Below are positions 39,844 to 48,261 of a stretch of 51,154 nt of DNA, in pieces (position 1 is the first letter of the stretch; every line of letters starts with the position of its first letter). The notes beneath the pieces are model-generated. The model was given only the letters and a program-made list of their open reading frames with translations. It was not told the origin of the DNA and searched no databases. The DNA lies in assembly GCA_945905715.1 (NCBI GenBank), contig CAMDPW010000005.1, forward strand, positions 1 to 51,154, written 5' to 3'. The position numbers and the translations under genes are program-made. This stretch comes from Rickettsia typhi. Its GTDB lineage: Bacteria; Pseudomonadota; Alphaproteobacteria; Rickettsiales; JABSSG01.

Positions 39844-40149
39844 ATGACGCAATTAAAAGACCAATACTACCAAACTCATATTTTCATCTGCACTAACCAA
39901 AAAGAGAGCGGTAAGTGTTGTGGACAAAAAATTGTTGCAAAAGAACTGCTAGAAAAGCTCAAAACACTAGTTAAAGAGATCGGTGTTGGTGGTCAAAATG
40001 GTATACGAATTTCTCAATCAGGTTGCTTAGGTAGATGTAATGAAGGTCCATGCGCTGTTATTTACCCTCAAGGCAAATGGTTCAATTTACTTGAACAAAA
40101 AGATGAATTTTTACAATTTACTGACAAGATCATAAAAATTAGTTCTTAA
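39844..40149 (+). CDS. Thioredoxin-like [2Fe-2S] ferredoxin
   Basis: HIFICTN...CC...SGCLGRCNEGPCAVIYPQGKW. Confidence 0.9.
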   Translation: MTQLKDQYYQTHIFICTNQKESGKCCGQKIVAKELLEKLKTLVKEIGVGGQNGIRISQSGCLGRCNEGPCAVIYPQGKWFNLLEQKDEFLQFTDKIIKISS

Positions 40150-40213
40150 CTAATTGCATAAATTAATAATTTATCTATTGCGAAATAAAGATTTATTGGT
40201 TAGTTTATACTGC

Positions 40214-40417
40214 ATGGATGGGCTATTAAAAGTGTTTATAAAATCACTAGTTGAAGGTTTTGGTTTTTTTATTTGGCAGAACAATGGCAATATTTCTTAT
40301 CCCTACAGTTATACACCTAAATCTTTGTTTGAAGATAAAGAAAATATAAATAACAATTTTATAGCAGTTCTAAATAGATTCAAAAAAATGGAGAATAGTA
40401 ATGGGAATAGCAAATAA
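40214..40417 (+). CDS. Small hypothetical protein coupled to the DUF2335 gene
   Basis: ATG 40214 is in frame with the tracked ORF (MDGLLKVFIKSLVEGFGFF...); overlaps the next gene by 17 nt. Confidence 0.55.
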   Translation: MDGLLKVFIKSLVEGFGFFIWQNNGNISYPYSYTPKSLFEDKENINNNFIAVLNRFKKMENSNGNSK

Positions 40418-40868
40418 AAAATATTTTGGCGATTTACCCAAAGCTACAAAAATTTATGCACGCAAATACTTTTCAGCAGAAGAAGCAGATAATGAGCACA
40501 AAGTAATATCTAATTTTCCTACAGCTCTTGAACTCATGGACTATGAGCAATTATTTGAAGGCGCAGCTGAACGTATTATTTGCTTACTTGAAAAAGAACA
40601 AACTCAACGTCATAATTGGGAAATGAGAGCTTTACGGATACAAAATTTAGGTCGTCGTTTTGGCCAAGTTCTATTTGCAATGATTTTTTTGGCTCTAACC
40701 TATGCCTTTGTTGTCTTGATTAAAGATGGTTACCAAAACAGCGCTATTATACTTCTATCTGTAGGTTTTTTTTCATTGATTGCAATTATTTTTATGATTA
40801 GAAAGCAACGTTTTAATATTGAAAAACGATACAATGTTACTAAACGCTTTAATGATAGACATAGATAA
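40401..40868 (+). CDS. DUF2335-family membrane protein
   Basis: P..LELMDYEQLFEGAAERIICLLEKEQTQRH followed by two TM helices and a basic tail. Confidence 0.8.
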   Translation: MGIANKKYFGDLPKATKIYARKYFSAEEADNEHKVISNFPTALELMDYEQLFEGAAERIICLLEKEQTQRHNWEMRALRIQNLGRRFGQVLFAMIFLALTYAFVVLIKDGYQNSAIILLSVGFFSLIAIIFMIRKQRFNIEKRYNVTKRFNDRHR

Positions 40869-40877
40869 AAAAGAATT

Positions 40878-41567
40878 ATGCCAGGATATTTACCTCAAGA
40901 TTTTGTTTACTTAAACGAAATTGATCCAACAATTCAAACAAGTCTACGTTATTTTACTTCTAATAATTTTATTGGCAGGCGTGTTACTGGTTATGAGGCT
41001 GATGTTCTGATTACTACAGCGCCATTAGCACACAAGCTCAAAGAAATACAATTTCATTTAAAACAAGAAGATTATGAGTTAGTAGTTTACGATGCGTATC
41101 GCCCACAAATGGCAGTAGATGAATTTGTCGTCTGGAGTGAAATCCATGAAGATCAAAAAATGAAATCTTTGTTTTATCCAGGTGTTAAGAAAAACGAAGT
41201 ATTTGAACTTGGTTATATTTCAAGAAAATCTCAACACAGCAAGGGGTTAGCAGTAGATATTACTTTAATCAAACGTGGTAATAAATTGCACAAAACAATT
41301 CCTCAAATTCGTAAGTTACTTGATGGCTCGGAGATTAATTTCCTTGATGATGGCACCGTTGATATGGGTTCATCTTTTGATTTATTCAGTGAAGCTTCTC
41401 ATTATGAGAACAACTTAATTGCAGAGCAATACAAAATGCAAAGAAATTATCTAAAAAATATTATGATCAAATTTGACTTTCATCCCTACTCAAAAGAATG
41501 GTGGCATTTTTCACTAGCAAATAATGAATTACTTCCTGAAACTTTTTTTAACTTTCCAGTTAAATAG
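40878..41567 (+). CDS. ddpX: D-alanyl-D-alanine dipeptidase (VanX/DdpX, M15D)
   Basis: YDAYRPQ, SQHSKGLAVD (SxHxxGxAxD), DMGSSFD, EWWHF. Confidence 0.93.
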   Translation: MPGYLPQDFVYLNEIDPTIQTSLRYFTSNNFIGRRVTGYEADVLITTAPLAHKLKEIQFHLKQEDYELVVYDAYRPQMAVDEFVVWSEIHEDQKMKSLFYPGVKKNEVFELGYISRKSQHSKGLAVDITLIKRGNKLHKTIPQIRKLLDGSEINFLDDGTVDMGSSFDLFSEASHYENNLIAEQYKMQRNYLKNIMIKFDFHPYSKEWWHFSLANNELLPETFFNFPVK

Positions 41568-41689
41568 TTACTTATAATGCTCTGATTAATAAGATAATTA
41601 TTTATTTATATATAAAACTTATATTTCTATCAATTTTAGAAATTATTTACTACATTTATTATTGGTACCAGTTCTAAAAATCATTTCTT

Positions 41690-41718
41690 TTGACTAATGA
41701 AAATTTTTTATATATAGT
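41690..41718 (+). promoter_or_regulatory. Putative sigma70 promoter of rplY-pth-ychF
   Basis: TTGACT, 17 nt, TATAGT; RBS-like aaagga before the 41769 ATG. Confidence 0.55.
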
Positions 41719-41768
41719 CTGCAGAATAAATATTTGTTTACAATTTTATTTTAAAGGAAAGTATCGCA

Positions 41769-42431
41769 ATGTCAGCTCTGTCATTACTACAAGCGAATCT
41801 TAGAGAAAAAACCGGTAAAGGACCTGGTCGCGCTTTACGTCGAGCAGGTAAAATTCCTGCCATAATTTATGGTAAAGGCCGTAAAGAAGCGATGATAATT
41901 CTTGTGCAACAAGATATTCAGCGTCTCTATGAAAAATTCACTTTTATGTCAACTGTAATTGAAATTGAGTTAGATGGTAAACAATATAAAGTTTTACCTA
42001 AATCTATATTAAAGCACCCAGTAACAGATTTAGTTGAGCACGTAGACTTTATGTATCTAAATCAAGATGAAAAAATAAAACTTAATATTCCAGTATTGTT
42101 TACGGGTAAAGAAAAATCTCTCGGTTTAAAAAGAGGTGGGGTATTGAACATTGTACTACGTAACTTGCCAGTGATTGTTGATTCTTCAAATATTCCAGCA
42201 GTAATTGAAATAGATGTAGAGCATTTAGAAATTGGTGAAGCCGTTCACATAAAAGACATCAACTTACCTCAAGGTGTACTTTCAGCCATTAAAGATTCTA
42301 ATTATACTGTAGCTAAAGTAGTTGGTAAAAAAGCAATGAAAATTGATGAAGAAATTGCTGTTGGAGTATCTAGCGGAGGAGGAGCTGAAGGTGAAAGTAA
42401 TAAAGAGAAAGTAGTGAAAGCCAGAAGCTAG
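41769..42431 (+). CDS. rplY: 50S ribosomal protein L25/Ctc
   Basis: GKGPGRALRRAGKIPAIIYG, HPVTD.VEHVDF, GLKRGGVL. Confidence 0.96.
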   Translation: MSALSLLQANLREKTGKGPGRALRRAGKIPAIIYGKGRKEAMIILVQQDIQRLYEKFTFMSTVIEIELDGKQYKVLPKSILKHPVTDLVEHVDFMYLNQDEKIKLNIPVLFTGKEKSLGLKRGGVLNIVLRNLPVIVDSSNIPAVIEIDVEHLEIGEAVHIKDINLPQGVLSAIKDSNYTVAKVVGKKAMKIDEEIAVGVSSGGGAEGESNKEKVVKARS

Positions 42432-42443
42432 AGTTAGAGAGGT

Positions 42444-43016
42444 ATGTTTTTATTGGCAGGACTAGGAAATCCAGGTCAAAGGTATAGTAATAATCGTCAT
42501 AATGTAGGCTTTAAGGTTATTGACGAGATTGTTAATAGTTATAATCTCAAAAAAATTAAAGATAAATTTGAATCTACTATCTTTATTGGCAGTATTGCCG
42601 CTCATGAAGTGATCGCTGTTAAACCTAATACTTTCATGAATTTATCTGGAAAAGCTGTAGCTGCATTTATTAGTTATTACAACATTTCTTCAATCAACAC
42701 TATAATTATTCATGATGATATAAATTTAGTATTGGGAAAAATAAAAGTAAAGTTTGGTGGTAGAGCTGGCGGTCATAATGGTTTGAAATCCATAGATAGC
42801 TTTATAGGTCAGAATTATTTACGAGTTCGCTTGGGAGTAAGCTACCCTGGAAATCATGATTTGGTCTCAGAGTATGTGCTAGAAGACTTTCCGTATGGTC
42901 ACGAACAAAATATTATTGCCGACATTATTAAATGTACTGTCAATAACATTGCTTTGTTACTAAATAATAGACAAGATTTGTTTTTAACTTACACTAATAT
43001 AACTAAGGAGAAGTAA
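42444..43016 (+). CDS. pth: Peptidyl-tRNA hydrolase
   Basis: GLGNPG, RHNVGF, KPNTFMNLSG, HDD, GGHNGLKSI. Confidence 0.97.
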   Translation: MFLLAGLGNPGQRYSNNRHNVGFKVIDEIVNSYNLKKIKDKFESTIFIGSIAAHEVIAVKPNTFMNLSGKAVAAFISYYNISSINTIIIHDDINLVLGKIKVKFGGRAGGHNGLKSIDSFIGQNYLRVRLGVSYPGNHDLVSEYVLEDFPYGHEQNIIADIIKCTVNNIALLLNNRQDLFLTYTNITKEK

Positions 43017-44120
43017 GTGGGCTTTAAATGCGGTATAGTTGGCTTGCCAAATGTTGGAAAATCTACCTTATTTAATGCTCTTACTAAATCAAATTTAGCA
43101 CAAGCAGCAAATTATCCTTTTTGTACTATTGAACCGAATGTTGGTAAGATACTAGTACCGGATAAGCGTTTAAATAAACTAGCTAATATTGCTAATTCAA
43201 AAAAGATTATCTCAACTCAGATTGAGATTGTAGATATTGCTGGTTTAGTTAAAGGCGCAGCAACTGGTGAAGGCTTAGGAAATAAATTTTTATCTCATAT
43301 CAGAGAAGTTGATGCAATTTTGCAAGTAGTACGTTGTTTTGAAGATAATGATATTACACATGTAGAAAAGACTATTAATCCAATTCGTGACATTGAGTTA
43401 ATAGAAACCGAACTGGTTTTAGCTGATTTAGAATCAATGACTAAACGAGTTGAAAGTTTTAGCAAAAAGAATAAATTTGTTCAAGATAAATGCATTAGAA
43501 GAGAGCTTGAATTAATGAGTAAATGTTTGCAAATTTTGGAAAGTGGAAAACAAGCAAGACAGCTGCTCAAAGAAGGATATAGCGAAGAAGATATTAAATC
43601 ACTACAATTAATTACAACTAAGCCTTATATGTACATTTGCAATATAGGTGAGGTAGAAGTAGCTAGTGGCAATAAGTATAGTAAGGTTGTAGAAGAGTTT
43701 GCGACTCAAGCAGGGGTAAAAGTAATTTTAATTTCTTCAAAAATTGAAGCTGAAATTGCTATACTAGAAAATGTAGATGAGCAATTATCGTTTTTACAAG
43801 ATCTCGGTCTAGATGAGGCCGGTTTAAGCAAATTAATCAGAAGCGGCTATCTATTGTTAAATTTATCTACATTTTTTACCATAGGTCCTAAAGAAGCAAG
43901 AGCATGGACAATCACCAAAAATACTTTAGCTCCACAAGCGGCTGGAGCGATACATACTGATTTTGAACAAGGATTTATTCGTGCCGAAGTTATTAGCTAC
44001 GACGATTACATCGAATATAATGGAGAGATCGGTGCTAAAGAAAATGGCAGGATGCGCCTAGAAGGAAAGGAATACAAGATGTGCGACGGTGATATTGTGC
44101 ATTTTAGATTTAACGTATAG
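43017..44120 (+). CDS. ychF: Redox-regulated ATPase YchF
   Basis: GIVGLPNVGKSTLFNAL, NYPFCTIEPN, DIAGLV, IHTDFE.GFIRAE, FRFNV. Confidence 0.98.
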   Translation: MGFKCGIVGLPNVGKSTLFNALTKSNLAQAANYPFCTIEPNVGKILVPDKRLNKLANIANSKKIISTQIEIVDIAGLVKGAATGEGLGNKFLSHIREVDAILQVVRCFEDNDITHVEKTINPIRDIELIETELVLADLESMTKRVESFSKKNKFVQDKCIRRELELMSKCLQILESGKQARQLLKEGYSEEDIKSLQLITTKPYMYICNIGEVEVASGNKYSKVVEEFATQAGVKVILISSKIEAEIAILENVDEQLSFLQDLGLDEAGLSKLIRSGYLLLNLSTFFTIGPKEARAWTITKNTLAPQAAGAIHTDFEQGFIRAEVISYDDYIEYNGEIGAKENGRMRLEGKEYKMCDGDIVHFRFNV

Positions 44121-44285
44121 ATCAATCTTAAAATTTTGATCATGAATATGGCGCAGCGTTATATTACAATGTTATCAGTTATAGAATGTTCGTGCATTAT
44201 CAGTATAGTGAGCATAGAATTAGTATTGATTCGTAATAAGTTCCGAGATATCATTGAGACATCTAGCTAAGAAAGGAGTGATGTT

Positions 44286-45620
44286 ATGCGCGAAAGGACA
44301 ACGAAGAAAAAATCAGAAATAGCCCTGGAAGAACAAATAACAGGTAACAGAGGCGTTATTATTAGCGAAATTCATGACGAACGATCATCTACTCAGCTAT
44401 TAATTGAAAATATGCCAATGCTTAAAGCTCAAGGTGTGAAGTATATTTTTCATGAAACTTTTCTACAAGACTCAAATCAAGCTATCGATCAACAAGCTTT
44501 AAGGCAGGATATTATACAATTGTACATGAGTGAAAAAGGTTTTAGAACCAATTCCAATGAATCATTGGCAATTGGGCAGCTTGCAACCTATCCAGCAGAA
44601 CAAGAGAGAATAAGGAGGCTTTTTGTAGAATCAGGAAAGTTTACTAATGATCAGTTTAGTGCCTTAAAAAATACACATCTAGAATCTGCATTGCTAGCAG
44701 AAAAAGATCCTAGAGCTTATAATAAATATAATTTATTGAAAACTGCTGCAGCAAATGGCATCACTATTATTTCCATAGGTAGCAAGAGTATGAGCGCTTT
44801 GCAGGGAACAGAACGACTGGAAATGTTTAATAGCAGTGCTCATGCACAAATTGAATCAGTTGTGGCGCATGATAGAGATGCCCGTTTTGTAATGGTGTGT
44901 GGTCAAGCGCATGCTTATGATTATCTTGGAGTAAAAGGTATGATTCAACGCTTAGATGTGCCAGTTATAGATGTGTATAATGGTAAAAAAGACGAAACTT
45001 ATAAGGAAGTGACATATCATAATCAAATGCTTAACAAGCCAGTTACTGCTACTGTGATTACATTAAACAATATTAAGAATTCTGATACTAGAAATCAGCG
45101 ATTTATTGAGTCTTCGATTGCAGCAAGTACATTTAGAGCAAGCGAAACTGATTCTCATCTGACAACAATACCAGAACTACTGGTTACTAGTGATAGTGAA
45201 GAAGGGGTCAAGCAATTGCATGGGGCTATGTCTCAACTAATAAAAGGAGGAGAGTCTAGGAAACACTTACAAATTAGCAACATTAGAGATACTAGTTTTT
45301 CTATAACATGCAGAACTAGTAGCAAAGATGATGTTTTGGCAATAGCAGTAGTAAAAAAAACTCTAGAAGAAATAGGATTTAAATTAGATAAAAATCGTAC
45401 AAGTGCTTCTGTAGATCTAAGAAATCCTTATAATAAACAGGTGTTAGAGCGATATAGTGATAATTTAGTTGCTACCTTTATGGTTCGTGCCAGTAATATA
45501 ATGTCAAGATTTACTGGTCAAGAAATATCGTCAACTTTAGGACATCTTACTTCTCCACCTTATAGATTAACTGACGATAGTACTGTAGCTAATCGAAGGG
45601 GAGGAGGACGAGCCCAATAA
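44286..45620 (+). CDS. Putative secreted effector with RRSP/PMT-C2-like (TIKI/EreA/ChaN superfamily) catalytic domain
   Basis: GVIISEIH...LIENMPMLKAQGVKYIFHE...AAANGITIISI...ERLEMFN...FVMVCGQAH...GMIQRLDVPVI; RBS aaaggag; upstream TTGATT-N17-TATCAT (44226-44254). Confidence 0.75.
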   Translation: MRERTTKKKSEIALEEQITGNRGVIISEIHDERSSTQLLIENMPMLKAQGVKYIFHETFLQDSNQAIDQQALRQDIIQLYMSEKGFRTNSNESLAIGQLATYPAEQERIRRLFVESGKFTNDQFSALKNTHLESALLAEKDPRAYNKYNLLKTAAANGITIISIGSKSMSALQGTERLEMFNSSAHAQIESVVAHDRDARFVMVCGQAHAYDYLGVKGMIQRLDVPVIDVYNGKKDETYKEVTYHNQMLNKPVTATVITLNNIKNSDTRNQRFIESSIAASTFRASETDSHLTTIPELLVTSDSEEGVKQLHGAMSQLIKGGESRKHLQISNIRDTSFSITCRTSSKDDVLAIAVVKKTLEEIGFKLDKNRTSASVDLRNPYNKQVLERYSDNLVATFMVRASNIMSRFTGQEISSTLGHLTSPPYRLTDDSTVANRRGGGRAQ

Positions 45621-45678
45621 TTTTATATGAATGCCCTTTATAACAAGGTTATAAAAATCAAACAATTTCTTATTTAAA

Positions 45679-46338
45679 ATGACAAATATAGAAAAAATTT
45701 ATATAGGTTTGTGCATATTATTTTCAGTATTGATAGTTGTTGGAAATCTTACATATCAGAAGTTTGTTTTTCTGTCTATTGTACCGTTTCATACTTTTGA
45801 ACTTTCAGTAGGTGCAATTTTATATCCCTTAACTTTCCTAATAACAGACTTAATAACAGAATTTTATGGTAAAGAGAAAGCCAATTTTTGTGTAAGATTC
45901 GCAATCTTAACAAATATATTGGTTGCCATAATTATAGCTGGCATGGATGCATTACCTACTGTCTCATGGTCTAAAATTGACTATATTACATTTCATAAAG
46001 TATTTGGTTTATATTACATAGCCTTTATAAGCTCTCTTGTTGCATGCTATATTTCTCAAACAATTGATATTTCATTGTATTTGTGGTTACGTAAAATTAC
46101 TAAAGGTAAATATTTATGGATTAGAAATAATGGCAGTACAGCTGTTTCTCTAATTATTGACACGTGTACAGTAATTATTTTTATGACAATATTCGGCGCT
46201 CTACCCAAAGAACAGATGTTACTCCTCATACTTAACAGTTATGCGTGGAAGTTGTGTTTTACAGTCTTTAGTACTCCGTTATTTTATCTTTGCTTTAGTG
46301 TAATAAAATTTCTTATGCAAGTCAAAACATCTAAATGA
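45679..46338 (+). CDS. yhhQ: Queuosine precursor transporter (YhhQ/Vut_1)
   Basis: N...QK, GAILYPLTFLITDLITEFYG, SQTIDI, LWIRNNGST.VS..ID; about six TM helices. Confidence 0.9.
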   Translation: MTNIEKIYIGLCILFSVLIVVGNLTYQKFVFLSIVPFHTFELSVGAILYPLTFLITDLITEFYGKEKANFCVRFAILTNILVAIIIAGMDALPTVSWSKIDYITFHKVFGLYYIAFISSLVACYISQTIDISLYLWLRKITKGKYLWIRNNGSTAVSLIIDTCTVIIFMTIFGALPKEQMLLLILNSYAWKLCFTVFSTPLFYLCFSVIKFLMQVKTSK

Positions 46339-46571
46339 TACCATGGCTTTAACTTCTGATACTCCAGTTATCTTAGTCAACATAGACAGAGAGATGCAAT
46401 GAAAGGAGGTGTTGTAGTATATATTAATTTAATAAATATCAAGATGAACTTTAGAATTATATTATATTAGAGATTATAATACAACATTGAACGCTTTGAA
46501 TAATTACACAGATAGCCTTCTTTATTAGCCACGAAGAACGTCTAACTATTTATAAAAATGGAGAAGAGTAG

Positions 46572-46979
46572 TTATTTCTGCACTTCCACAGCCTTCACAT
46601 CTATTTCTATTTTTGCAGGAAAATGATCTCTATCCACTTTACCATAAAGCTTAACTAAGGTTTTTGGTGTAATTTGTTCTAAGGGCATATTCTTATGATC
46701 TATCTCTACCAGCACCTCAGCTGTACTATCCGTAAATACATACTTATCATGAGAAACTCTTTTGATAATATGTCCTGTCAACACTACTCTAGTATTATCT
46801 TGTGCATGCGTCAGTAATTCTTTCACAGATACTGCGCCTCCTGCATCTGGTCCTACGAATCCTGAGGAAGTAGGGTGTTGATTTTCTGCAGAAAAAGCTA
46901 TAGAGTGATGATTTTCTGTGGCAAAAGCTGTGTTTACAATCAGACCACAAGCTAAAAATATAACACTTTTTCTAAGCAT
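46572..46979 (-). CDS. YgiW/YdeI (BOF) OB-fold periplasmic stress protein
   Basis: Signal peptide, GFVGP, DNTRVVLTGHII, YVFTDST..VEID, V.LYGKVD..IDV. Confidence 0.88.
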   Translation of the reverse strand: MLRKSVIFLACGLIVNTAFATENHHSIAFSAENQHPTSSGFVGPDAGGAVSVKELLTHAQDNTRVVLTGHIIKRVSHDKYVFTDSTAEVLVEIDHKNMPLEQITPKTLVKLYGKVDRDHFPAKIEIDVKAVEVQK

Positions 46980-47145
46980 ATTAAAACCATATTTTTAATG
47001 TTGTTTAATGATCCCTGAATTTTAATCATACAGAGCAGTTTATATTATATAAAACAACAATACTATCTGTCAATGAAAAATAACGTACTGTTTCCATAAT
47101 AAATATTATAAGCATTAATTAGTTAATGCGTAATTACTGAATTTC

Positions 47146-48218
47146 TTATTTCTTTAACAGCCTCTTACTTATTGCTTGTGACGGCTGTTCAATGAGTTTA
47201 TGCAGTATCCAAGCAAATAGAAAGCATGTAGACGTAACTATAAGAAGTGCTGCCCAGTTTTTTACGCCAGAATCAAGTAAAATACGCAGAGCAATATATC
47301 CAGCTACTCCATGAATGACATAGAGTGGGTAACTTATATTTGCAAAAAAATCAAAAACTATATTCGATTTAAATATACTTGGATATGTATATGCAAAAGT
47401 AAAAGTGAGAAGAGCGTATGCATAATTCGAAATTACTCCAAAGATTGCTGACTGTGGACCAATATACCAACTAATACAGAATAAAGCAAATATGATACCA
47501 ATAAATATCCACGCTTGATTTACCGTAATTTCTTTACTATATAAATAATGAAAAACTACTCCAATGAACATAAAAATGATATATTGAAAATTGAAAATCC
47601 CCTGTGTTAAATTGTTGGTTAAGTGTAAAATCATCATTAAAATAAAAAGCGCTATTGGAATAAAAATTAATCTTATTGAGTAATGTTTAAACCATGTAAT
47701 AAAGATAGCGCATAACAGATAAAATTTTATCTCTGCTTCTAATGTCCATACAACAAAATCAATATTTCTAGATCCAGTAATATCTCTCAGGCCTGGTATA
47801 TAATGAATTAAAATCTCCTTTGTGGTATAAGGCCATTCTTGTAAAAAATATTTACTACCTACTAACAAGGCAATTAACGTGATACTAAATCCAGCAATAT
47901 ATGTAGGAATAATACGCAGTAATCTATTTATAATAAAACCAGACCTACTAACTCTTCTCAGTGAAAACGGTATCGTGAATCCACTTATAAGAAAAAATAT
48001 TGCAACGCCATAAGGTCCCCCCAAACAAAAGTTGGAAATGTATTCAGCCATAGTACGTAAGTTGGAACGGTATAGCTTTTAATAGGAGATGGTGCATTAA
48101 TCAGTAAATGGACATTAGGGTGTAACCAAAATAACCCCAAAAGATGCCCGATAACTACTGCAATAGCAGCAAATCCGCGCATTGTATTTGCAAATTCTAC
48201 CTTTGTTTTATCTTGCAC
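47146..48218 (-). pseudogene. Acyltransferase-3 (OafA/YrhL-like O-acyltransferase), frameshifted at a G6 tract
   Basis: The 5' frame has MRGFAAIAVVIGH. The 3' frame has GVAIFFLISGF, RLLRIIP, WTLEAEIKFY, ISYPLYVIH and LIEQP. The frames switch at cccccc 48017-48022. Confidence 0.88.
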
Positions 48219-48261
48219 AACTTTCCCTATGAATTACTTATCTTCCACAAATATAGAACGA

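Noticed and set aside
40878-41567. VanX homolog as a vancomycin-resistance locus
   Set aside because: No vanA/vanH/vanRS nearby; stand-alone DdpX-type dipeptidases serve cell-wall turnover
45621-45678. preQ1 riboswitch upstream of yhhQ
   Set aside because: No GGTTC-type loop, P1 stem or A-rich AAAAAACTA tail; only an AT-rich dyad
46401-46410. Perfect Shine-Dalgarno gaaaggaggt
   Set aside because: Followed at once by GTG TTG TAG with no usable ORF; not in an rRNA context
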